DNA of 64,000 nucleotides. Source: Betaproteobacteria bacterium (GTDB lineage Bacteria; Pseudomonadota; Gammaproteobacteria; Burkholderiales; SHXO01). Where the stretch lies: NCBI GenBank assembly GCA_009693245.1, contig SHXO01000002.1, positions 6,280 to 70,279 on the forward strand, given 5' to 3'. The notes under the pieces were generated by a model, which saw only the letters and a list, made by a program, of their open reading frames with translations, had not been told where the DNA came from and made no database searches. Each line of letters starts with the position of its first letter. Within the stretch, counting starts at the first letter, position 1. Below, piece after piece: positions 21,614 to 33,674 of this stretch. The position numbers were made by a program, and so were the translations under genes.

Positions 21614-21811
21614 GGCCAAGTAGCCCAGTTGGATGAGGCCGGACAAGCAAAAAGCCCTGCGGCTTGTTGCTTGCCTGCCGAATCCGAGCGCCATGCAGGG
21701 CGCGAGGCGGAAGAGCAGAGGACTGATAACTTGGCCGTGCATTTGGGCCAAGTTACGTCGTAGACTCACATTTCGCGAAACGCAATGTGATGTCGAAGAC
21801 AAAATCCTTGT
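21614..21811 (+). other. collinear fragments of the tRNA-Phe 5' part interleaved with hairpin inserts (tRNA-Phe pseudogene or att scar)
   Basis: 21614-21632 matches tRNA nt 1-19 (18 of 19). 21712-21726 matches nt 21-35 exactly. 21801-21811 matches nt 35-45 exactly. The inserts carry perfect hairpins, for example taacttggcc-N9-ggccaagtta at 21727-21755. No T-arm or 3' acceptor is present. Confidence 0.6.
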
Positions 21812-21833
21812 ACCTTGCTTTCGCAGCACCCGT

Positions 21834-21909
<76 letters not shown>

Positions 21910-22003
21910 TTAGCTCTAGCTTTTGGTAGAAGTATTCACTAACTCGCTTCTACAAAAAAACCGCACTCTTCTACAAAACGAAGAGCGATGGGCTCGGCGG
22001 CGC

Positions 22004-22627
22004 TCAACGAAGCGGCTTGACCTTGTCGCCCTTTCGGTTTCGCGTGTATTGCTACGTCATCTCTTGGTGCTTGTGTCCGAGCAGCTTCTGCGCGCGCGAG
22101 GTCTTCCATATCGGTTGCTGACTTCGCGCGAATATCCCTGAATTGGAACGAGACGCCAGCGGCCGCGCGAGCTTTGTCGAAGCGAGAGCGCAGCGCGAAG
22201 TAACTCAAGCGTTGGCCGTTCTGATTTTGTATCGTAGAAAGGCCCGTAGATTTTCGCGGCTTGTTCAACATGCGGTCAATCAAGCTAGAAAGTTAGCCGG
22301 TGACTTCGATGCGCAACTTCTTGCCGTTTTTTTTCTGCGTGATCCAGAGCACACCGTCATGCACGTCGGCGCGTTGCAGTTTGAGCACGTCAGCGGGCCG
22401 CTGTCCGGTGAGATAGGCGAGGCCCATCGCGTTTTGCACGTGAAGTGCGCTTTCTCGTAAACCGCGAGGAACTCTGCGTCTTCAATGTAGCGATCCCGGC
22501 CCGGCTCGCGGTTTCCCTTCGCGCCCGCGCACGGGTTCGGCGCATCGGTGTAGCCCCACTCCCTCGCGCAGTTGAATACGTGGCTCAGTAGCGCCTTTTC
22601 GCGGTTCGCGCGGGCCTTGGCTTTCAC
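22004..22627 (-). pseudogene. tyrosine recombinase / phage-type integrase, heavily decayed
   Basis: Fragments lie in three frames: KAKARANREKALLSHVFNCAREWGYTDAPNPC...; LHVQNAMGLAYLTGQRPADVLKLQRADVHDGVLWITQKKNGKKLRIEVTG*LSSLIDRML...FQFRDIRAKSATD; and AQKLLGHKHQEMT*QYTRNRKGDKVKPLR*. There is a TAA at 22293-22295, a TAG at 22052-22054 and at least two frameshifts. Possible further N-terminal debris reaches about 22830. Confidence 0.8.
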
Positions 22628-22865
22628 TGAAGGCTACGCACTGGTTTCCAGTTCTCGGGAATTCGAACGTGCATTGCAACGCTCTCTTGTCCGCCATGCG
22701 ACACGAGGCGCCCTGCTGCGACGGTTGACCGAAGCGGGTCTGTGGGCGGGATGACAACGGGTACGTTTGTCGTTGCGCTCCACCAGTTCGAAACCATCCG
22801 CGCCAAACCGCTCCGGGAGCGCCAAGGGTCATAATGATGTTCCGAGATCACTCAGGTAAGAACCC

Positions 22866-23942
22866 ATGACCCAACCCTTCCGAGTACTGCACATTGCTCC
22901 CGCCAAGTCGGAGGCCTTTGATATCTCCTCCATCGAACAGCAAAGCCGTGCGATTTTGCATGCGGGTGGGACGGTGATTCGTTATACGGGCCAGAGCACC
23001 GACGAGTTGGTGGCGGCGCTTCGGGATGTGGACGTGGCCTTGCTCCAAGGCCATGGATTCGACCGGGCTGCGTTCAACGCCATGGGATTGCACGGCCGCT
23101 GCAAGGGACTGGTTTCCTTTGGCCATGGTTACGATCACTTGGATCTGGAGGCGGCGGCACAAAACGGTGTCGTGCTGGCCAATACCGCCTCGTTCGGCAC
23201 CGAGGAAGTGTCGAACCATACGATGATGCACTTCCTGGTGTGCGCGCGAAAATTCGTTCTGCACGACAAGCTGGTGCGAAGCGGGACTTGGACTCGCAAG
23301 AACTTGGGGACCATGGGCCATGTCGCGGGCGAGACCTTTGGCATCGTGGGCCTGGGCGATATCGGCCGCGCGGTGGCGCGCAAGGCCAAGGCTTTCGGCC
23401 TGCACGTGATTGCCTACGATCCCTACGTCGCGTCCTGGGATGCGCTGGAGAGTGGCGTTGAGATGGTGGGCACGCTCGAAGCATTGTGCCGGCGGTGCGA
23501 TTACCTAAGCGTGCACGTTTATCTCAACGCCGAGACCCGCTATCTGATAAGTAAGCCGCAGTTCGCCGTCATGAAGCCCACCGCCTACCTCATCAACTGC
23601 TCGCGCGGCGGCGTGGTCGATGAAGGCGCCCTCATCGAAGCGCTCAATGAAAAACGCGTCGCGGGCGCGGGGCTCGATGTGTTCGAGAAGGAGCCCGTGG
23701 ATCCCAACAATCCGCTGCTCAAAATGGACAACGTCTCGGTGACCAATCATTACGCGAGCTATTCGGAAGTGGCATGGGAACGGGCACAAACACAGTTGGG
23801 CGAGGAGGCAGTGAGAATCGCCACGGGCATGTGGCCCATGTCGCACATCAACCCCGGCGTGCGCCACGTGATCCCGCCACGCACGGCAGCCCGGTCTTGG
23901 GAGGTGCTGGCTCCCGAGTTATCGGCGCCACGCCATCGCTGA
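22866..23942 (+). CDS. D-isomer-specific 2-hydroxyacid dehydrogenase family protein (CtBP-like)
   Basis: 358-aa ORF with the NAD fold GIVGLGDIGRAVARKAKAFG and a ...NCSRGGVVDE... catalytic region. Confidence 0.85.
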   Translation: MTQPFRVLHIAPAKSEAFDISSIEQQSRAILHAGGTVIRYTGQSTDELVAALRDVDVALLQGHGFDRAAFNAMGLHGRCKGLVSFGHGYDHLDLEAAAQNGVVLANTASFGTEEVSNHTMMHFLVCARKFVLHDKLVRSGTWTRKNLGTMGHVAGETFGIVGLGDIGRAVARKAKAFGLHVIAYDPYVASWDALESGVEMVGTLEALCRRCDYLSVHVYLNAETRYLISKPQFAVMKPTAYLINCSRGGVVDEGALIEALNEKRVAGAGLDVFEKEPVDPNNPLLKMDNVSVTNHYASYSEVAWERAQTQLGEEAVRIATGMWPMSHINPGVRHVIPPRTAARSWEVLAPELSAPRHR

Positions 23943-24013
23943 ATCGCCAGGAGGGCTCCCGGTTGGGGGGAGATTTCTAAAGTAGCACCGCAATCTGCCG
24001 AACAAGCGGTGCC

Positions 24014-25618
24014 ATGTCACAAAATCCAGAGTCCCATCCGCCAATCGAGACCGAGGAGCCCCCGCGGGAGGGCGTCTCGGGAACCATGGAATTTCTCATT
24101 GGGAGAATGCGGCGCAATGGGGACTTCCCCGCGCTTTCGAGCACCATAAGCGCGGTGAGCAAGGCAGCAGCATCGGAAATGGAGGGCATCTCCGCGCTCG
24201 CTGGCAACATTCTCAAGGACTTTTCCTTCACGCAAAAGCTGCTGAAGCTGGTGAACACCGCTCACTTTGGCCGTTTCGGCGGCACGGTCAGCACGATCTC
24301 GCGGGCCATCATGGTGATGGGTTTCGACCAAATTCGTACCCTTGCGGTGACCTTGTTGCTATTCGAGCATTTGCAGAACAACGCGCAGGCGGACGACCTC
24401 AAGGATGAGGTGCTGTCGGCCTACTTCAGTGCGCTCATCGCTCGCGACTTGGTGTCGAAGGCTGGCGTGCGGAATTCGGAGGATGCTTTCATCTGCGCCA
24501 TGTTTAGCCGGCTAGGTAAGCTTCTGGTGACTTTCTATCTGTACGACGAGCGCCTCGCGATCGAGCGTGCGATAAGCGCTGGCGCCAGCGAAGAGTCCGC
24601 ATCCATCCAGGTTCTGGGAATTTCCTATAGCGAGGCCGGAATGGGGGTGGCGAGCTCCTGGGGCTTTCCGGATAAGCTGGTTGCCTCCATGCGGCCTTTG
24701 CCGGAAAGCGAGATTCGCAAGCCTGCCGGGGATACGTCGCGTCTGTGCGTGCTATCGGAGTTGTCCTCCAGCCTAACGCAGCTCATCCGCGATGTGCCTC
24801 TCAGCAAACGCCAAGAAAGCGTCAAGGCCATGGTGGCGCGGTTCGGAAAAGGCTTGGGTATCACTGAGCAACACCTGGACGGCGCGGTGCTCAATACGGT
24901 GAACGAGATCGCCCGCGACGCCGGGATACTGAATTTTCGCACGGACAAAAGCGCTCTCTTCGATAAAGCCCGTAAATGGTCAGTGAAAGCCAAGACAAAA
25001 TCCGGCAACGATAGCGAGGCCGGTCTGCCAATGGAGGCCGTGCTCCTGGACGGCTCCAAGACGACCAGCGCGCCCGCCGCCGGGGCGGCTTCGGGCGCGG
25101 CCAGGCAAGCCATATTGAGCGCGGGATTCCAAGACATCAGCAACGCTTTGGTAGGTGATTTCAACCTCAACGATGTCTTGCGCATCATTCTCGAAACCAT
25201 GTACCGCGGTCTCGGATTCACGCGCACCATCCTTTGTGCCCTGGATCCGAAGAGCGATTCCCTCAAGGCTCGTTTCGGTTTCGGGCAAGACGTGGATCAA
25301 ATCATTCGTGCAGGCTTTTCCATTTCTCTCTCGCCCGCGCGCGATGTGTTCCACGCCGCCATCAGCAAAGGCGCGGACATCTACATCGATGATGTGCAAA
25401 GCGAACGCATACGAGATCACATTCCTGGGTGGTACCAGCAACTCATTCCCGCCAAATCCTTTGCGCTATTTCCCGTGATGATCGCCAAGAAGCCCGTGGG
25501 GTTGTTCTACGGGGATGCGAACACCGCGAAATCCCTGCGCCTGGAGGCCGGCGACATGGCGCAACTCAAGACGCTACGCAACCAGGCGGTACTCGCGATC
25601 AAATCTCAGAGCGCGTAA
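24014..25618 (+). CDS. HDOD domain protein with a C-terminal GAF-like domain (signalling protein)
   Basis: 534-aa ORF. The N-terminal half is HDOD-like (FPALSSTISAVSKAA...LLKLVNTAHFGRFGG...ISRAIMVMGF). The C-terminal roughly 160 aa has a GAF-like pattern. Confidence 0.7.
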   Translation: MSQNPESHPPIETEEPPREGVSGTMEFLIGRMRRNGDFPALSSTISAVSKAAASEMEGISALAGNILKDFSFTQKLLKLVNTAHFGRFGGTVSTISRAIMVMGFDQIRTLAVTLLLFEHLQNNAQADDLKDEVLSAYFSALIARDLVSKAGVRNSEDAFICAMFSRLGKLLVTFYLYDERLAIERAISAGASEESASIQVLGISYSEAGMGVASSWGFPDKLVASMRPLPESEIRKPAGDTSRLCVLSELSSSLTQLIRDVPLSKRQESVKAMVARFGKGLGITEQHLDGAVLNTVNEIARDAGILNFRTDKSALFDKARKWSVKAKTKSGNDSEAGLPMEAVLLDGSKTTSAPAAGAASGAARQAILSAGFQDISNALVGDFNLNDVLRIILETMYRGLGFTRTILCALDPKSDSLKARFGFGQDVDQIIRAGFSISLSPARDVFHAAISKGADIYIDDVQSERIRDHIPGWYQQLIPAKSFALFPVMIAKKPVGLFYGDANTAKSLRLEAGDMAQLKTLRNQAVLAIKSQSA

Positions 25619-25622
25619 CGCG

Positions 25623-28200
25623 TTACGTGAGCCTCTCGGCGGCAGCCGGAGGGATCTCTCGCCCGCCTTGCGTGCGCCGCTGGCGGCAGGGCACGACGAA
25701 AGTAAACACCGAGCCTCCCGCTGGATTGTGAGAGGCGTTAATGTAGCCTTCGTGCTGGCGCAAGATCTCGCTGCATGCCGCCAGATTGAGCCCTGCTCCG
25801 CCCACCCCATGGGCGTCATTCCCAACCGGGTGTTCGAAGACCCGCTCCAGCTCACCCCCTGGAATACTCGTACCCTCGTCGGTGACACTCACTTCGGCGG
25901 CTTCCAAGATTCCCATGTACTGCGCCCCATGTCCTTCGGGTAGCCAGGACTGCGCGACACGCACCGCAATACGCTTGCCCGCCGGGGTGAATTCGTGCGC
26001 ATTGGACAGGAGGATCCGCATCACTTGCCGGATGCGCTCCGGATCGCACCAGGCATATACCGGGAAGCTGGAGCATTCCAAGACGATATTGACTCCGCGC
26101 CGCACCGCCACCGCGCTTAGTTCGTCCGCCGCCGCGCGTACGATGGCATTCATCTCGTGAATGCCGAAAGCGCTAACCCCCGCGCTTAGCTTGGAGATGC
26201 CGAGCAGCTCGCCCAGCGAAGACAGCAAGCGCTGCCCAACCTCATCGATCTTGCTGGCGAGAAACTCGGAATTGGGTTGAGCTCCAACGGCTACCCGCGG
26301 GACATGAACGGTATGGGGATTGGCTTCCAACTCGCGCACGCGTGACTGAAGTTGCTTGACCTCAACCTCGGCGGCGGCGATATCCGTGGCGTCTCGTATC
26401 ACGCAAAGAAACATCCGCTCTTCGCCGAACATCGTCTCGCTCACGGCGGTCTCCATGGGGAATTCCTGGCCGCCGGCACGAAGACCGGCTAATATGGGCA
26501 GCGGAACAGACGTGTCTTGCAAGCCGCGCTCCCATAGGCCGCGATTCTTCTCCGGCATCAACGCGCGGAGATTCTGGCCCGGCAACTCTGATTGCTCGAA
26601 TCCAAACATGCGGCAGGCGGCGGCATTGGAGGATTGAATAACGCCCTGTTGGTTGGCGATGACCACGCGCGCGCTCAGGGAATCGAACAGGACTTCAAGC
26701 CTCTCTTCGATCTCCTTGCCCGCGGCCTCCGCATGTTCGGCTCGCTTCAGCGCTTCCTGCAACGCTTGCGCGGATTCCTTCGCCTGCGAAATATCTTGCA
26801 CTACCCCAATGAAACGCGACAGCCGGTCTTGTTCTCGAATGGGCACCATCTTGATGCGAACCCATTTGACCCAGTCGTCGTCCTTGTGAATACGGTGTTC
26901 GCTTTCAAATTCCGTCCCGCGAATGAGCGCGGTCTGAAAAGCCTGCGCCACGGCTTGCCGGTCGTCGGGATGAATGCGCCTCGACCAACCCCAGTCTTGC
27001 GCTTGGTCCTGGGTTAACTCAACCAACGCTTCGCAGCGCTTGTTAAGGCGCACGGTTTTACTGTCGGAGGAGATCTCCACGATGGCTACCGGGGCATGGT
27101 CATGGACGATCTTCAACTCATCGGTTCTAACCCCAAGCTGCTGCTCCAGGTCTTGGGCGGATTCCTTCAAACGCCGGTTCGTCCTCGACAAGCGCAGCAT
27201 GAGGACGAAAGGGGAAAAACTCGCCACGAGAGCGCTAACGCCCAATACATTGGCCCAGATCCATGCTGTGGTATCCCGGCTCAGGCGCGCGCTCAGCTCC
27301 CAAGTGCGCCCAAACACTTGAAGACTCACCGATGCGTGGGCGAAATTGTCCGGCTTCACTCCGGTGGAGGGCGGGTAACTTGCAAGTGGCAACGACCCGC
27401 GTTGGCCTTCACCCGCATCTCGTATTTCGATCTGCTGGCGCGTGGTTTCGGGGTTCTCGGTGGCGCGCAAGAAATCCGTGGCGGAGAACGCACTGAAGAC
27501 CCAGCCCCGTACCATCCCCAAGGGCCGCCACACGCTGGGTCCGATATCCGATTCCCAATAGACGGGGAAGTACAGCATCGCCACGGGGTTCGAGTCTTTC
27601 TCCCGAGCGAGGGTAATCGGCGCGGAGAGTACCGCAGCATTTGCCTCGCCTGCCCGCGCCATGGCGGCTTGAAGGGTTGGTTCCGTCCACATATCGAAGC
27701 CCGCCATGCGGGCATTGGCGCCTTCCCCCGGTTCCAACAGGAGTAGCGGCGCGTAGACCTCGCGCTTGCCCGAGGGATAGATGTTGAAGTCCCGCAGCTT
27801 TTGCTCGCGCATGCGGTTGGTGAGTTCATCTTTTTGCCTGCGCGAAATGACCTCCGCGAAACCCAGGGTCCCAGGCCCGTGCGAGGGAAGATCCAGCCGG
27901 GACGCATACTTTCTCCAGCGCTCCCGCCTCACGTTGGCGTCACCTTCGAACAATGCGCTGGCACCCGCCAGAACCTGCTCGTGGGAGCGCATGCGCTCCC
28001 ACGAGCTTGAGCCGCATCTCATTTACGTAGCTCTGGGCGCGCACCTGGTCTGCATTCCTAGCGTGATGCAGGGCGCCCCACCACACGCCAGCCGTGATCG
28101 ATAGCGATGCAAGCAACACACTCCATGCCACGCGGTGGCGGCGTAGACTCGATGTCATGCTGGCACCTGGCCGCGCACTTACCTCCATTCGTTCGTTCAT
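25623..28200 (-). pseudogene. CHASE-TM-PAS-PAS-histidine kinase-like sensor, split by a +1 frameshift near the N-terminus
   Basis: ORF 27940-28200 encodes the N-terminal TM helix and the start of CHASE (...WSVLLASLSITAGVWWGAL...QSYVNEMRLKLV). ORF 25623-28022 continues as ERMRSHEQVLAGASALFEG..., followed by PAS domains and HATPase_c (LLSNAHEFTP, GGAGLNL). The frames differ by one extra G in the GGG at 27998-28000. Confidence 0.8.
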
Positions 28201-28348
28201 GTTTTCGCTCTAACTCGCCGAGAAGAACTTCCCACGTCTATTACGGCGGCATCCGGCGGTTCCGAAGCCCCGCAACGGATCGTCCGGGGAGGATTTTTGT
28301 TAATCCGTATCCAAAAGCAGACGGATGGATGCCCGCGCCGGAACGGCG

Positions 28349-30175
<1,827 letters not shown>

Positions 30176-30305
30176 GGAGCGGCATTATCGGGCAACACCT
30201 TGCGTGTTCGGTCGTCTGCGCCGGTGTGAGAGGTGCACCCGCCAGGCGCCCCGTGCCCTATAATTCAAAGACTTGAGAATTTCCGCTGAACACCTCACCC
30301 AAACC

Positions 30306-31565
30306 GTGGCCCAATCCCAGCAGCTATTCGCCCTTGGCGTGAATCATAAGACCGCTCCCCTGGACGTACGGGAGCGCATCGCCTTTTCGGCCGAGACGCT
30401 GCCCGTGGCGCTGAGAAACTTCGCCGATACCGAGGGGATAGGTGAAGCCGCTATCGTCTCCACCTGCAACCGGACGGAGGTGTATTGCAACGGAGGCGAC
30501 GCCGAGAAAGCCGTGCGCTGGCTCGCCGGTTATCGCCAATTGAAGCCGCAACAAGTCGAACCTTTCGTCTATCTGCTGCCGCAAGAAGGTGCCGTCAACC
30601 ACGCCATCCGGGTCGCGAGTGGGTTGGATTCCATGGTTCTCGGCGAACCGCAAATCCTGGGGCAGATGAAGCAGGCGGTGCGCTCCGCGGAGAAAGCCGG
30701 CACGCTGGGGTCGGTGCTGCACAAATTCTTTCAGCTCACATTCTCCATCGCCAAGGACGTGCGTAGCCAAACCGATATCGGCGCCAACTCGGTGTCCATG
30801 GCGGCGGCCTCGGTGAAACTGGCGGAACGCATCTACCCGGCCATCGGCGAGCAGCGCATCTTGTTCATCGGTGCCGGGGAAATGATCGAGCTGTGCGCCA
30901 CCCATTTCGCCGCTCAGCACCCACGTGGCACCACCTTCGCAAACCGCACCTTGGAGCACGCCCAGGAACTCGCGAAACGCTTCGAGGGCAGCGCGCGGGC
31001 ATTGAGCGATCTTCCGAGCTATATCGCCGCCCACGACATCATCGTCACCTCCACCGCAAGCCCTCTGCCCATTATCGGTAAGGGGTTGGTGGAGCGCGCC
31101 CTGAAGGCACGGCGCCACCGGCCGGTGTTGATGATCGATCTCGCCGTGCCGCGCGACGTGGAAGCCGAAGTGGGCACATTGGATGACGTGTTTCTCTATA
31201 CCGTGGACGATTTGGGCAAGGTGGTCGAACAAGGGTTCGAGTCGCGCAAGGCGGCGGTATCCAAAGCCGAGACCATCATATCCGCGGGCGTGGTGGATTT
31301 CATGCAATGGCTGGAAAGCCGCAAGAGCGTGCCTGCTATTCGCGCGTTGCGCGACCAAGCCGAGCGTGCGCGCCGCAATGAGTTGTCGCGCGCCATCAAA
31401 CGCCTGTTACGCGGCGATGCACCCGAGGAGGTGCTCGAGGCGCTTAGCCGTTCCCTAACGAACAAATTGATTCACCCGCCCACCGCCGCGCTGCACCGGA
31501 CTCCCGGCCAAGACGAGCAACGCGCCCTCGTCGAGCGCATTTACCAACTGAACCGCGGCGAATGA
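30306..31565 (+). CDS. hemA: glutamyl-tRNA reductase
   Basis: The sequence reads ...[21 protein letters not shown]...STCNRTEVY... The track ORF starts at TTG 30273, but a TATAAT box at 30259-30264 makes GTG 30306 (or a leaderless TTG) more plausible. The start is uncertain. Confidence 0.93.
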   Translation: MAQSQQLFALGVNHKTAPLDVRERIAFSAETLPVALRNFADTEGIGEAAIVSTCNRTEVYCNGGDAEKAVRWLAGYRQLKPQQVEPFVYLLPQEGAVNHAIRVASGLDSMVLGEPQILGQMKQAVRSAEKAGTLGSVLHKFFQLTFSIAKDVRSQTDIGANSVSMAAASVKLAERIYPAIGEQRILFIGAGEMIELCATHFAAQHPRGTTFANRTLEHAQELAKRFEGSARALSDLPSYIAAHDIIVTSTASPLPIIGKGLVERALKARRHRPVLMIDLAVPRDVEAEVGTLDDVFLYTVDDLGKVVEQGFESRKAAVSKAETIISAGVVDFMQWLESRKSVPAIRALRDQAERARRNELSRAIKRLLRGDAPEEVLEALSRSLTNKLIHPPTAALHRTPGQDEQRALVERIYQLNRGE

Positions 31566-32650
31566 AACCCACCATAGCCTCCAAGCTCGCCCAACTCTCG
31601 GCGCGCTTGGAGGAGTTGAATGGCCTGTTGAGTGCCGAAGGCATCACGGCCGACATGGATAATTACAAGAGGCTCACCAAGGAGCACGCCGAAGTGGCGC
31701 CCCTGGTGGAGTTGTATCGCACCTACCAGCACACCTTGAAGAACATCGAGTCCGCCGAGCTGATGCTTTCGGATCCGGAAATGAAGGAACTGGCGCAGGA
31801 AGAAATCCTGTCCAACCGCGCGCGGGTCAACCAGTTGGAAGATGAGTTGCAGCAAAGATTGCTCCCCAAGGATGCGAACGACGAGCGCAACATCTATCTC
31901 GAAATTCGCGCCGGTACTGGAGGAGACGAATCCGCGCTCTTCGCGGGCGATTTGTTTCGCATGTATACGAGATTCGCGGAGCGCAGGCGCTGGAGCGTGG
32001 AGGTCGTGTCGCAGAGCCTCGGCGACGTGGGCGGTTTCAAGGAAATCATCGTTAGCATTGCCGGCCAAGGCGTCTACTCGCGCCTCAAGTTCGAGTCCGG
32101 CGGTCACCGCGTGCAGCGCGTCCCGGCAACCGAGGCCCAAGGCCGCATCCACACCAGCGCCTGTACCGTGGCCATCATGGCGGAGGTGGATGAAATCAGC
32201 GACGTCACCATCAATCCGGCGGATTTGCGTATCGATACTTTCCGCGCTTCGGGCGCTGGCGGCCAGCACGTGAACAAGACCGAATCGGCCATCCGGCTCA
32301 CTCACCTGCCCACGGGCATCGTGGTGGAATGCCAGGACGACCGCTCGCAGCACAAGAACAAGGAGCGCGCGATGTCGCTACTCGCCGCGCGCATCAAGGA
32401 CAAGCAGGTACGCGAGCAGCAGGCCAAGGAAGCGGCCACGCGCAAATCCCTAGTGGGCAGCGGTGAGCGCTCCGACCGCATTCGCACCTATAACTTTCCG
32501 CAGGGGCGCGTGACGGACCACCGCATCAACCTCACGCTGTACAAAATCGACGCCATCATGGATGGTGACCTCGGCGAGATCTTGGACGCCCTGTCGGCCG
32601 AACACCAGACCGAGCAGCTCGCCGCCATGGCCGAAGAACAGGCGGCTTAG
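31562..32650 (+). CDS. prfA: peptide chain release factor 1
   Basis: 362-aa ORF with the PAT tripeptide region and the GGQ motif ([14 protein letters not shown]). Its ATGA overlaps the hemA stop. Confidence 0.98.
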   Translation: MKPTIASKLAQLSARLEELNGLLSAEGITADMDNYKRLTKEHAEVAPLVELYRTYQHTLKNIESAELMLSDPEMKELAQEEILSNRARVNQLEDELQQRLLPKDANDERNIYLEIRAGTGGDESALFAGDLFRMYTRFAERRRWSVEVVSQSLGDVGGFKEIIVSIAGQGVYSRLKFESGGHRVQRVPATEAQGRIHTSACTVAIMAEVDEISDVTINPADLRIDTFRASGAGGQHVNKTESAIRLTHLPTGIVVECQDDRSQHKNKERAMSLLAARIKDKQVREQQAKEAATRKSLVGSGERSDRIRTYNFPQGRVTDHRINLTLYKIDAIMDGDLGEILDALSAEHQTEQLAAMAEEQAA

Positions 32651-32655
32651 GACCT

Positions 32656-33522
32656 CTGAGCCCTCCTGCCTCCCTCGCCGCCCTGCTCACTAGAGATGCC
32701 TCACGCATCGCGCAGGCTCTAGGCCTTGCCCCGGAGGACGCGGCGAACGAAGCGCAAATCCTGCTGGCCAGCGCCGCGAGAAAATCTCGCGCATGGGTCA
32801 TGGCGCACGGACAGGATGCTCCAAGTGTCTTGGGCTCAACCCCCTACGAGCAATGGATCGCCAGGCGCGTTGGAGGGGAGCCCATCGCCTACATCCTTGG
32901 CCGCCGTGAGTTTTACGGCCTCGAATTGGAAGTCGGCGAACATGTTCTCATTCCCAGGCCCGAGACCGAGCTCCTGGTTGATCTAGCCCTTGACCATCTG
33001 CGCGAAGCCCGGCCATGCAAGGTGCTCGACCTTGGCACCGGTAGCGGCTGCATCGCGATCGCCATCGCCGCCCATGCGCCGCATTGCCATGTGCTGGGCA
33101 CTGATTCATCGTTGGAGGCCTTGAGCACCGCCGCGCGAAATATTCAGCGGCATGGCCTGGAGAACGTGGACTTGCTGCATAGCGATTGGTACGTAGCGCT
33201 AGGCGCGATGCGCTTCGGCGTCATCGTCTCCAATCCGCCCTATATCGCGGCCGCTGACGCGCATCTCACCCAGGGCGATTTGCGTTTCGAACCGCAGGGG
33301 GCGCTAACCCCGGGCACTAAGGGCCTCGAAGCGATCGAGCGCATCGTCACCGGCGCACAGGGTTTTCTGAGAGAAGACGGCAGGCTCATGATCGAGCACG
33401 GTCATGACCAAGCTCAGGCGGTGCGTGAGATCCTTGAGCGGAACGGTTTTCAGGGCGTAACGGCCGCACGTGACCTTGCCGGAATCGCACGGATAGCCAT
33501 GGGGCGCATGCGTCCCGATTGA
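32656..33522 (+). CDS. prmC: release-factor glutamine N5-methyltransferase PrmC (HemK)
   Basis: The catalytic part from ATG 32800 (GEPIAYILGRREFYG, LDLGTGSGCIA, NPPY) is certain. The HemK N-terminal domain is encoded in frame upstream (open from 32569), but no ATG, GTG or TTG is available there. I tentatively use CTG 32656. Confidence 0.8.
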   Translation: MSPPASLAALLTRDASRIAQALGLAPEDAANEAQILLASAARKSRAWVMAHGQDAPSVLGSTPYEQWIARRVGGEPIAYILGRREFYGLELEVGEHVLIPRPETELLVDLALDHLREARPCKVLDLGTGSGCIAIAIAAHAPHCHVLGTDSSLEALSTAARNIQRHGLENVDLLHSDWYVALGAMRFGVIVSNPPYIAAADAHLTQGDLRFEPQGALTPGTKGLEAIERIVTGAQGFLREDGRLMIEHGHDQAQAVREILERNGFQGVTAARDLAGIARIAMGRMRPD

Positions 33523-33616
33523 CAGATGCCCGGCCAGTCCTTAAGGTAGCCCCCATCGCGCCGATTTGTCCGTGATTGCGGGCGCGTAATAAGTGCGGCT
33601 AAAACTCGGGAGCACC

Positions 33617-33661
33617 AAGCCCGATTGCCTATTACCGGTAGCTTCGGGCTTTTTTGTTGTT
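33617..33661 (+). terminator. rho-independent terminator after prmC
   Basis: The stem aagcccga/tcgggctt (33617-33651) is followed by ttttgttgtt. It overlaps the TTG start of the track ORF, which supports ATG 33675 as the metH start. Confidence 0.7.
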
Positions 33662-33674
33662 GGATAGATTCGAG

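Noticed and set aside
21633-21800. Group I intron(s) in a tRNA-Phe gene.
   Set aside because: The inserts are only 79 and 74 nt, far below group I intron size. One is in the D-loop, and the upstream copy has no T-arm or 3' acceptor to complete a tRNA.
33523-33674. Possible riboswitch (SAH, SAM or B12) in the metH leader.
   Set aside because: I could not find the conserved cores, for example the SAH GAGGAGCG...AGGCUC elements or a B12 box. The only clear structure is a stem followed by a T-run, which fits the prmC terminator.
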